Shown here piece by piece: positions 17,179 to 25,426 of a stretch of 64,000 nt of DNA; the first letter of the stretch is position 1, and each line of letters begins with the position of its first letter. The DNA is from an uncultured Candidatus Saccharibacteria bacterium. Lineage in GTDB: Bacteria; Patescibacteriota; Saccharimonadia; Saccharimonadales; Saccharimonadaceae. Location: the NCBI GenBank assembly GCA_964581595.1, contig CAZOPB010000004.1, positions 12,018 to 76,017 on the forward strand, read 5' to 3'. The notes beneath the pieces are model-generated. The model was not told the DNA's origin. It made no database searches and was given only the letters and a program-made list of their open reading frames with translations. The translations under genes were made by a program, and so were the position numbers.

Positions 17179-19098
17179 TTATTTTTTATTGTTACTGCTC
17201 GACGGTAATAAATATTGAGCTAAAATCTCTTCTTTTTCTTCCTCGATTTTTTGAATAAGCTCTCTTATCTCTTCGACTCGTTTTTTACATTTATTGATTT
17301 TTTCTACTATATTGCGCTGAACATCAATCGGTGGTAGTGGTATTTTTATCAGTGATAAGTCATCAAATTTAAGCTGCGTGCGAACTCCGCCACCCGCGAG
17401 TCTATTAATTTCTTTATTAATAGCTCGTGTCTTTAGTATGATAAGTAAATACTCTGGATCAATTTTGTTCTCGTCGCAAGAAAACACTACATACATTGGG
17501 CTCACGCAACCTACTTTCGATGCGGTATTTAGAGCAATTGAGCCAACATTGATACGCGATGGATTATATGCAAAAAAGTTCTTCTTTATAACTTTATAAT
17601 TGCTTGTATCGTCAGACGCAACTTTGTGCGCAAAGTGCTTCTCCGGAAGTACAAACCCCTCCTTGTTTGAAACACTCCAGACTGGGATATCCGCATTTTT
17701 CACTCTTTCCTTTTCTTGCATTAATAGGTTTCCTAGCTCTTCCGTGAAATAGTCTGTCTGAATCTCATCCTGTTGTGATACATAGCGCCTCCCAGTGAGG
17801 ATATGGTGCTTATTTGCGAATATCGCTTTTTTATTCACAAAAAAGGCAAACTCACTGTCTAAATTGAGCGACTTATTGGATTGATATGCTTTAATAAGTT
17901 CTACTGCTCTTGGTATTTGACTACCTGGTATATCAGCTTGCGTCGCAGATAGAGTACGCCCGACATTTTCTATGTTGATAAAAAGTATGCCGTCTTGTTT
18001 TTTAGCTTTTGCTTTATCGAGCAGCAAAATATCAGTCTTAACATCGGCATACGGCAAGAATACGCCTTTAGGCAAACTAATTATGGAATACAAACTTTCA
18101 TTTAGAAGATTCTTTCTTAGTTCTGACAATGCTGAGTTATTTTTATTTGATGAAATGCCGTCGGGCACAATAATTGCAGCTCTTCCGGATGGTTTAAGGT
18201 GAGTAGATATATAATCTACGAAAAGAATTTCAGCTCTACTTGCCTGGATACTGAATTTTTTATGTGGATTGATCCCGCCTTTTGGCGTCATGAATGGCGG
18301 GTTAGCTAACACGACATCATACCGATCATCCCAATAGTCTTCTGAACTGAGAGTGTCATGTTCAATAATATTCGGCGACTTAAAACCGTGCAAGAACATG
18401 TTCACGCGAGCAATACGAGTCATATTTGGTTCAATATCAAATCCATAAAAATTATGATGGATCTTTTCCACCTCTTCGCTAGTTAGCCGATTATTTTTAC
18501 CATATTTCTTCATTAGGTGCCTGTAAGCCGAAATTAAAAAGCCAGCCGTACCACAAGCTGGATCTAGAATCTTATCAGTTTTATCCGGATCGATTAGTTC
18601 GACCATGAAATCAATAATGTGCCGTGGGGTACGAAATTGACCAAGGTCGCCCTGAGATCCCATAGTAGACAATAAGTACTCATAGGCATCGCCAATCGAG
18701 TCACCAGAATCGTGTTTGATTTTATCAATTTCACTGAGGAAGAGATTTAGGGTATTCGGATCGTTGAAGTTCAAGGTCGCGCCATTAAATATTTCTCGGA
18801 AAAGTGGAGGTAGATTAGGGTTACGACTCATATTCTCCAGTGCGCTACGGTATAGGGTTACGCGGTCATGACCAGTTACAGATGGACTCATGAGTTCGTG
18901 CCAGCCGTATTTTTCGTATTCTCCGGTGAAATATACCCGCTTACCGCCCAACGACACCGATTCGTCATCATTGTCGGACATAAACTTATAAATTAACGCG
19001 TAAGAGATCGCATCCACTTGCGCAACTGGGCTAGGCAATTTCCCGACTAAGACTGCCCTGGCATTGTCAATAATTTGCTTAAATTGCTTATAGTCCAT
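17179..19098 (-). CDS. hsdM: Type I R-M methyltransferase fused to a single-TRD (half) specificity subunit
   Basis: The gamma N6A MTase motifs are FRTPRHI, LDPACGTAGFL and VVLANPPFM. The C-terminal roughly 190 aa (about 17179-17740) look like one HsdS target-recognition domain plus a conserved helix (PPIDVQRNIVEKINKCKKRVEEIRELIQKIEEEKEEIL). No separate hsdS gene is present. Confidence 0.8.
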   Translation of the reverse strand: MDYKQFKQIIDNARAVLVGKLPSPVAQVDAISYALIYKFMSDNDDESVSLGGKRVYFTGEYEKYGWHELMSPSVTGHDRVTLYRSALENMSRNPNLPPLFREIFNGATLNFNDPNTLNLFLSEIDKIKHDSGDSIGDAYEYLLSTMGSQGDLGQFRTPRHIIDFMVELIDPDKTDKILDPACGTAGFLISAYRHLMKKYGKNNRLTSEEVEKIHHNFYGFDIEPNMTRIARVNMFLHGFKSPNIIEHDTLSSEDYWDDRYDVVLANPPFMTPKGGINPHKKFSIQASRAEILFVDYISTHLKPSGRAAIIVPDGISSNKNNSALSELRKNLLNESLYSIISLPKGVFLPYADVKTDILLLDKAKAKKQDGILFINIENVGRTLSATQADIPGSQIPRAVELIKAYQSNKSLNLDSEFAFFVNKKAIFANKHHILTGRRYVSQQDEIQTDYFTEELGNLLMQEKERVKNADIPVWSVSNKEGFVLPEKHFAHKVASDDTSNYKVIKKNFFAYNPSRINVGSIALNTASKVGCVSPMYVVFSCDENKIDPEYLLIILKTRAINKEINRLAGGGVRTQLKFDDLSLIKIPLPPIDVQRNIVEKINKCKKRVEEIRELIQKIEEEKEEILAQYLLPSSSNNKK

Positions 19099-19099
19099 T

Positions 19100-21643
19100 T
19101 TAATCCTTTACTCTTAGCTTATTTACGTTAATATAGTCTTTGATATAATTTACAATTTGGTTTACGCGATCTATCCCAAGTTCCTTTAACTGTCTCATAG
19201 AGATAGAACCAAAGCCAGATAATTCACCATACCGTTTATCATCGATTGCATCCGCTACTCTTCGGTCAGTAATATAAGCATCGAAGAGTTCGAAGGCATC
19301 ATTATATGACTGGCTAACTAGCTCATTCCCAAATTGCTTATCATTTACAAACTCGTCAAATCTAGCCTTTATATATTCAGCCTTAGTTAATGGTTCTTTA
19401 TTACTCATAATCAGATCTAAAATTTCCCGCAAATCCAGCCGCCGATCGAGCCCGAAAATCTTACGAATCTTCTCTGGAGTCATATAGAATTTAGGTTTAT
19501 CTTCTCCGAGAATATGATTTTTTAGGTAATTGAGTGACGCTTCAATATCACCGCGGTTATAGATACTCATGAATTCATCGTTAGATTTAACTTCGTCCTG
19601 AAAGCTACGAAACATCTCTCGGTCGATGCGCATACCGTCTTTCGTAACCACAGTTTCATCAACTTTTTTAAGGCTGTCAGACTCTGCTAAATCATATGGC
19701 ATTTCAATACCAACCGAAGGATTTGGATAATTTGTCGGAGGTAATGGTATAGTTCCTATGGTCGCCTCTTTCGCTCTCGGCACAACAAGCGGAGCATCAT
19801 AATCGTATTTTTCTTCGAAGTATTCACAGACGGCGAAAAAGTCAATTATATTAAAACTCTCTTTCTTAATCGTGATAAGACTTTCCTCATTAGAGTAATC
19901 AATCCATCTGAAGGTATGCATGCGCGTACCGCGCCCCTTCATTTGAATAAAATCCGACGGACTAAACACTGGTCGCATAAAGACTACGTTTTGCAAATCG
20001 GCGCAATCATATCCCGTCGTCATCATACCGACCGTTACCGCCACTCTAGCCTTACTGCTATCATAATCTGGCAACCAGCTAGTCTGGCCTCGGAGTTTAT
20101 TTTCGGAAAATTGGATTGTGTAATCCTGAGAATGCATAACGTTGCTCGTAATTTGTACGGCAAAATCCGAATTATATTTTCCGGGGAATTGCTCCATAGC
20201 CAATTTGTTTAAAATTTGGGTAATCCTCTCAGCATGTTTCTGACCAACAGTAAAGATGATGGACTTGCCGATTTCTCCGCTAATCGGATCCTTAGCAGCA
20301 TAACGCATAAAGGTCTCACATAGCACCCAGTTAGTTTCGTCATTAAAGAAGTTTTTTTCAAAGTCTCTAATACCGAAGCGTTCATCAATCTCAGAGCCAT
20401 CATCCTGTACTCGATGTACCGCATATCCTTGATCGTCCAGTAATTGAGAAGTAATATTCGTGCGAGCATCGTAGATAATTGGATTGACTAAGAAAGGTCC
20501 ATCCGGATCATTAACGCCGCTCTTTAAGTCATATCGGAAGGTGGGTTGTCCAGACTCACAGCCGAAAGTTCTGTATGTATCGAGCAATTCGCGGCACTCA
20601 AACTCGCGCTCACTATTCTCACTTTGCGTAGTGTTTTTTAAGAAGTCTTTCGGAGTAGCAGTAAGGCCGATCTTATATCCGTTAAAATACTCGAAGACCG
20701 CTCGAGCATTACCGCCAATCGAGCGGTGAGCTTCATCAGAGATAATCAAGTCAAAATCGCTTGGGCTAAAGCTACGATATCTATCCGAAGCAAGTAGCGA
20801 TTGCACCGTGCTCACCACAATGTGAGCGGTTTTCCAATTGTCTTTATCCTCTTTATAGGCTTTTACTATATAGTCGGATCCGATAGCTTGCGTAAAAGCC
20901 TTTTTGGCCTGATTTTCCAGTTCAATACGGTCCACTAAGAATAATACTCGTCGGGCATTGCCGGTTTTTAGGAAGAGCTTGATTATTGCGGCGCAAGTTA
21001 GGGTCTTGCCGGTACCGGTAGCCATTTCCAAAAGAAAGCGCTTCTTACCATTCTTTGCTGCTTTCTGAACCTTTCGGATTGCTTCAACCTGATACTTGCG
21101 AAGGATTTTTAGCTTATGTTTCTCAACAAAAGTTTTTCTTGCACTCTCGTTAATATAGTCGGGATGCTCTCTGAGGGTTGGCATTTGCGACGTTGCAATA
21201 TAGGCATTATCTACGTTCTCGCCGATTAAAGCCTCAACATCTGGATGCCATTCTTTATTTTGTATAAGCAACTCAAGCGACGGAAAACTGCTTATTGGCT
21301 CTGGGCTGCCGAATTGCATATCCCAAAGATAATGCGTATTCCCATTGCTCAGAATAACATAACGGACATGTAGAGAGTTGGCATATTCGCGAGCTTGTTC
21401 CTTAGCAGAGAGCGGAGGAATATCCTCGCGTTTAGCCTCTAATACTGCTATAGGTTTTTGATTTTCGTCTAACAAGAGATAGTCTACGAAACCATTTTTA
21501 GTATTCTCAAAATCATCGCCAAGATTAACTTTATTTTCCACGTCAACGGTCGCCGGACCGTTATCGTCAGCCAGCAGACGCCACCCAGAATCCTCTAGCA
21601 TTCTGTTTATTTTTAATCTTGCTTTTGCTTCCTTAACGCCCAT
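19100..21643 (-). CDS. hsdR: Type I restriction enzyme R subunit
   Basis: The N-terminal PD-(D/E)xK region reads FVDYLLLDENQKPIAVLEAKRE. The SF2 motor motifs are EMATGTGKT, IISDEAHRS and QMKGRGTR. Its stop lies 1 nt before the hsdM-S start. Confidence 0.85.
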   Translation of the reverse strand: MGVKEAKARLKINRMLEDSGWRLLADDNGPATVDVENKVNLGDDFENTKNGFVDYLLLDENQKPIAVLEAKREDIPPLSAKEQAREYANSLHVRYVILSNGNTHYLWDMQFGSPEPISSFPSLELLIQNKEWHPDVEALIGENVDNAYIATSQMPTLREHPDYINESARKTFVEKHKLKILRKYQVEAIRKVQKAAKNGKKRFLLEMATGTGKTLTCAAIIKLFLKTGNARRVLFLVDRIELENQAKKAFTQAIGSDYIVKAYKEDKDNWKTAHIVVSTVQSLLASDRYRSFSPSDFDLIISDEAHRSIGGNARAVFEYFNGYKIGLTATPKDFLKNTTQSENSEREFECRELLDTYRTFGCESGQPTFRYDLKSGVNDPDGPFLVNPIIYDARTNITSQLLDDQGYAVHRVQDDGSEIDERFGIRDFEKNFFNDETNWVLCETFMRYAAKDPISGEIGKSIIFTVGQKHAERITQILNKLAMEQFPGKYNSDFAVQITSNVMHSQDYTIQFSENKLRGQTSWLPDYDSSKARVAVTVGMMTTGYDCADLQNVVFMRPVFSPSDFIQMKGRGTRMHTFRWIDYSNEESLITIKKESFNIIDFFAVCEYFEEKYDYDAPLVVPRAKEATIGTIPLPPTNYPNPSVGIEMPYDLAESDSLKKVDETVVTKDGMRIDREMFRSFQDEVKSNDEFMSIYNRGDIEASLNYLKNHILGEDKPKFYMTPEKIRKIFGLDRRLDLREILDLIMSNKEPLTKAEYIKARFDEFVNDKQFGNELVSQSYNDAFELFDAYITDRRVADAIDDKRYGELSGFGSISMRQLKELGIDRVNQIVNYIKDYINVNKLRVKD

Positions 21644-21682
21644 TTACAATAACTCACTATGTTGCTATACATTATACCAAAC

Positions 21683-21718
21683 TTTTGTCACAAAATCCAC
21701 CTCTTTTTTGTGACAAAA
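21683..21718. promoter_or_regulatory. inverted pair of 13-nt palindromic boxes in the hsdR/abiEi divergent promoter region (candidate AbiEi operator)
   Basis: The boxes are TTTTGTCACAAAA (21683-21695) and TTTTGTGACAAAA (21706-21718), centres 23 bp apart. The second box covers the abiEi -35 (GTGACA 21710-21715, 17 nt before TATAAT 21733-21738). Confidence 0.6.
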
Positions 21719-21746
21719 TGCCTTCTCTAATGTATAATGGTAATAT

Positions 21747-22346
21747 ATGAGTGATCATGAACAAATTGAAATTAAAATCTTGGAAATGCCGTCGGGTAGT
21801 GTTTTTGTTGCTTCTGATTTTATCGATTTAGCTTCTTATGATAATATTCGACAGATTTTTTCGCGCCTTGAAACCGAAGGCAAAATTCGCCGTATTCTCC
21901 CTGGTATTTACGACAGACCAATTTACAGTAATATCCTTAAACAAAAAGTATCACCAGATGTTAATGCCGTCGCAGAAGCAATTGCCCGTAAAAATAATTG
22001 GTTTATTGTCCCTAGCGGCAATGTCGCGTTGAATTTATTAGGAATCTCTACGCAAGTTCCCGCTAAATGGGAGTATTTTAGTAGTGGCGACACTAAGGAT
22101 TACCAAGTTGGCAATATATCTATTAGTTTTATCCGTCGTGCTAATAAAGAGCTAAATCGAATGTCGACAAAGACCGCGCTCGTTATCCAGGCCATTAAAG
22201 CGCTTGGGGAAGAGAATATTTCTGAAGAGATCATAACTAAGCTTTCTGACAAATTAAGCAATGCGGAAAAAGCTCAACTACTTACAGAGGCAAAGCCGAC
22301 TACGGCTTGGATCTATGAAGTAATTAAGAAAATTTGTAAAGCATAA
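21747..22346 (+). CDS. abiEi: AbiEi-type antitoxin / transcriptional regulator (type IV TA)
   Basis: The N-terminal wHTH-like region (FVASDFIDLASYDNIRQIFSRLETEGKIRRILPGIYDRP) and its position directly upstream of an AbiEii gene (1-nt gap) support the call. Confidence 0.75.
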   Translation: MSDHEQIEIKILEMPSGSVFVASDFIDLASYDNIRQIFSRLETEGKIRRILPGIYDRPIYSNILKQKVSPDVNAVAEAIARKNNWFIVPSGNVALNLLGISTQVPAKWEYFSSGDTKDYQVGNISISFIRRANKELNRMSTKTALVIQAIKALGEENISEEIITKLSDKLSNAEKAQLLTEAKPTTAWIYEVIKKICKA

Positions 22347-22347
22347 A

Positions 22348-23352
22348 ATGTACGATTTGGCCAACCTTCCGAAAGCTGAGCTTGATGCTTTACTGCAAGA
22401 AGTTTCTAATGTCAAAAGTCTTAGCAAGGCAATCATTGAGAAGGATCTTTGGGTTTGTACCATCCTGGATTATATTTTTACGAAAAGCCCATGGAAAGAT
22501 AATTTCGCTTTTAAGGGCGGTACTAGTCTTTCTAAGGCCTATAATTTGATCGAGCATTTTTCCGAAGATATCGATTTAATTCTGGATTGGCGGGTGCTTG
22601 GTTACGATAAAACCGAGCCACTAGGAGAGCGCTCAACAAACCAGCAAGATAAACTCAACAAAGAGGTCCTTGCTAGGACATTGGATTTTTTGCAGACGAC
22701 ATTCATTCCAAAGATCACGGCGGACTTATCAAAACTAATTAATCGATATTTACAAATTATTTTTGAAGACAATGCTGTTGTCATTAGCTACGGTAATGAC
22801 TATGCCGACGAATCTATTTTGCATGCTATTCGTCTAGAAATCGGCGCATTAGCCGCCTGGACGCCAACTCAAATCGCAACAATCCGCCCATATATTGCTG
22901 AGACTTATCCGGAACATTTTAGGAATGCGTTTGTTGATGTTCGCACTACTACGCCAGAGCGTACTTTCTGGGAGAAGATTACGATTTTACATCGTGAGGC
23001 CTTCCGTCCGGAAGGTTCACTTCTGCCTCCTCGGATGTCGCGGCATTATTACGACACCTATCGCATGACAAAGCTTGGCATATTGGATCGAGCTTTGCAA
23101 AATTCAAGTCTGCTAAATCAAGTTACTGATTTTAAAGCCAAATTTTACCCACAAAAGTGGGCACACTACGAACTAGCCAAACTCGGCACTATTCGACTTA
23201 CTCCGCCGGAACATAGTCTTAGATTGCTTCAGCGTGACTATGCTGTTATGGCTGGGATGATTTATGGTAAAAGACCAGGATTCAACGAATTGATGGCGGA
23301 AATCGCTGGAATCGAGTATAAAATACAGCATGATCAAAACATAATAAGATAA
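22348..23352 (+). CDS. abiEii: AbiEii/AbiGii nucleotidyltransferase toxin (DUF1814)
   Basis: It has the FKGGTSLSKAY...FSEDIDL NTase signature. Its length and pairing with abiEi also fit. Confidence 0.8.
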   Translation: MYDLANLPKAELDALLQEVSNVKSLSKAIIEKDLWVCTILDYIFTKSPWKDNFAFKGGTSLSKAYNLIEHFSEDIDLILDWRVLGYDKTEPLGERSTNQQDKLNKEVLARTLDFLQTTFIPKITADLSKLINRYLQIIFEDNAVVISYGNDYADESILHAIRLEIGALAAWTPTQIATIRPYIAETYPEHFRNAFVDVRTTTPERTFWEKITILHREAFRPEGSLLPPRMSRHYYDTYRMTKLGILDRALQNSSLLNQVTDFKAKFYPQKWAHYELAKLGTIRLTPPEHSLRLLQRDYAVMAGMIYGKRPGFNELMAEIAGIEYKIQHDQNIIR

Positions 23353-23365
23353 TGAAGGAAGAATA

Positions 23366-24823
23366 ATGTATATTTCAAAAGTCAAATTACATAATTTTAG
23401 GGGATTTAAGAGTGATCATGAATTTACATTCAAAGATGGGGTTAATTTTTTAGTAGGCAATAACAATTGCGGGAAAACGTCACTTTTTAGAGCCGTAGAA
23501 TTTATACAATCAGGTAAGGAAATTAACCCGTACATTACAAAAGGTCTGGATGCTGAAGAATTCGTCTCGGTTGAAATGGAGCTAGCCGGAGAAGATCTGG
23601 AAAGTTTTATCAATTCAGCTGAAGGTCTTAGCAAATATAAACAGTACATTATCGAAGACAATGGATTAAAGGTGCTCAAGATTGCAAGAAGCAGCGAAGA
23701 AACTGAAATCACCCAGAACAAGAAGCCCAAGACTCTCACTATTAAAAATGTGCGTGTTTTTAACCAAAAAACTAATCAGTACGAAAATCCCGTCGGGATA
23801 GATAACACCATTGGCGCACTGTTTGAAACGCAATTTGTGTGGGCAGATATTAATATAGAAGATGTTGCCGACATCTCCAAAACCAAAATTTGCGGCAGAA
23901 TTATTAACAGTGTCATCAACAATAACAACAAAAGCTGGGAGGATTTTGCAAAAGCGCACGCTAAAGCATTTGGCGATATTCGAAATCAGTTGGAGCCAAT
24001 TGAGCAAACGCTTAAAAATAAGATGAGTGAACAATATGGTGACACTGAGATTAAGTTTAATTTCTCGTTACCAGAACTGTCGGATTTTTTAAAGTTTGGT
24101 ACAATCAATTTGTCAGATGATGGGATCCAAACAACTAGTTCGGAAAAAGGTACTGGGATGCAACGCGCACTCGCTCTAGCAATTATTCAAGTGTATGCCG
24201 AGATTGCGTCGAAAGTTGACGATAATATTGCAAAACCGCTTATATTCTTCCTTGATGAGCCAGAGACATTCTTGCATCCAGAAGCGCAGTCCCGTCTGCT
24301 AGAGGCTCTTGGTAAAATAGCGCAATCTTCGCAAATATTCATCGCCACACACTCACCATACCTGCTACGAAGTTTTAAAAGTGGCAATCATACATTATAC
24401 TCTTTCTCGAAACATCAAGGAGCAAATAGCGCAGAAGCCAGTACGGAGCTTAATCTGTTTGGCAAATCTAGTCCCACATGGGGAGAAATCAATTATAGAG
24501 CCTTCGGTGTAGTTTCTTACGAATTTCACGATGAACTTTATGGTTTCATCCAAGCGCACGCCATTAACGAAGATGAGAAGTACTATAAACCAAAAGACTT
24601 TGACCAATATTTGTGTCAAAAGAATCCTAATTTTATTATAAATAAGAAGTATAAGCATCTAAAATCCGACGGTAGTATTTCAGAATATGATACCACTATA
24701 GCAACATATATCCGTAATGTTATCCACCATCCAGAAAATCCCAATAATGCCAGATTCTCCACAGAGGATCTTGAGAAATCAATTAAGGATTTACTTTTAA
24801 TTATGGAAGATATTAGCAAATAA
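23366..24823 (+). CDS. OLD/RecF-like ABC ATPase (AAA_15/AAA_21 type) with an unassigned C-terminal domain of about 130 aa
   Basis: MYISKVKLHNFRGF, Walker A GNNNCGKTS, signature-like EKGTGMQRAL, Walker B IFFLDEPETFLHPE and H-loop IATHSP are present. I can see no TOPRIM, HNH or PD-ExK motif in the C-terminal part (about 24428-24823). It starts 13 nt after the abiEii stop, behind GAAGGAAG. Confidence 0.75.
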   Translation: MYISKVKLHNFRGFKSDHEFTFKDGVNFLVGNNNCGKTSLFRAVEFIQSGKEINPYITKGLDAEEFVSVEMELAGEDLESFINSAEGLSKYKQYIIEDNGLKVLKIARSSEETEITQNKKPKTLTIKNVRVFNQKTNQYENPVGIDNTIGALFETQFVWADINIEDVADISKTKICGRIINSVINNNNKSWEDFAKAHAKAFGDIRNQLEPIEQTLKNKMSEQYGDTEIKFNFSLPELSDFLKFGTINLSDDGIQTTSSEKGTGMQRALALAIIQVYAEIASKVDDNIAKPLIFFLDEPETFLHPEAQSRLLEALGKIAQSSQIFIATHSPYLLRSFKSGNHTLYSFSKHQGANSAEASTELNLFGKSSPTWGEINYRAFGVVSYEFHDELYGFIQAHAINEDEKYYKPKDFDQYLCQKNPNFIINKKYKHLKSDGSISEYDTTIATYIRNVIHHPENPNNARFSTEDLEKSIKDLLLIMEDISK

Positions 24824-24842
24824 TTTATATATCACCGCGCAA

Positions 24843-24880
24843 AAAGAGCCGCTTGCTTTGGATAGCCGCGGCTCTTTTTA
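24843..24880 (+). terminator. intrinsic terminator closing the abiE-ATPase unit
   Basis: AGAGCCGC (24845-24852) pairs with GCGGCTCT (24868-24875), followed by TTTTT. Confidence 0.75.
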
Positions 24881-25426
24881 TGCAAACCCGCGCTACGTTA
24901 TGTTGCCGGCCTACTAAAAATATTTTCAAAAATCATCATTTGTCCGCCTACTTTATGGGGAATTGGTAAGTAGTTAAAACATAAATTACTTTAAAAGTCC
25001 AAATATCTTCTGTAAGAGCGAGCTTACGCGTTAACGCGATAAATTAATCTCGTAAATAAGTCCTTACAAATTCTGCTAACGCCCGACCGTACAGTTTGTT
25101 ATAATTATAGTAGCCATTCGAAAATCGTCGTTTTTCGGACACCAAACGTTTCGTTAGAATTCACTATCTTGGCAGTTTTTCTCGTTCGTTGGTCCAATAG
25201 ACCCACTTCGCTCAAATAAACTACCAATCTGATTAATTCTATCCGAAACTTGAGCGTAATGAAATAGAAAAAACGAGACGCGCGGCGCTCAAAGAAAGCA
25301 CTAATTTAGGAATTCTGGTTATAGTTTATGTTTTTAGTTCCCATCGGGGAATGTTTTTATATTGAAACAGTGCTATGTCGTGTTTGCGCTCTGGACAAAC
25401 GTTTTGATTGCCGCTATACTTAGGTT

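Noticed and set aside
16900-25426. Integrase, transposase or other mobility gene expected for an island next to a tRNA
   Set aside because: I read all ORFs in the interval and none has tyrosine- or serine-recombinase or DDE motifs. I therefore describe the island as a fixed or decayed insertion, not as an active mobile element.
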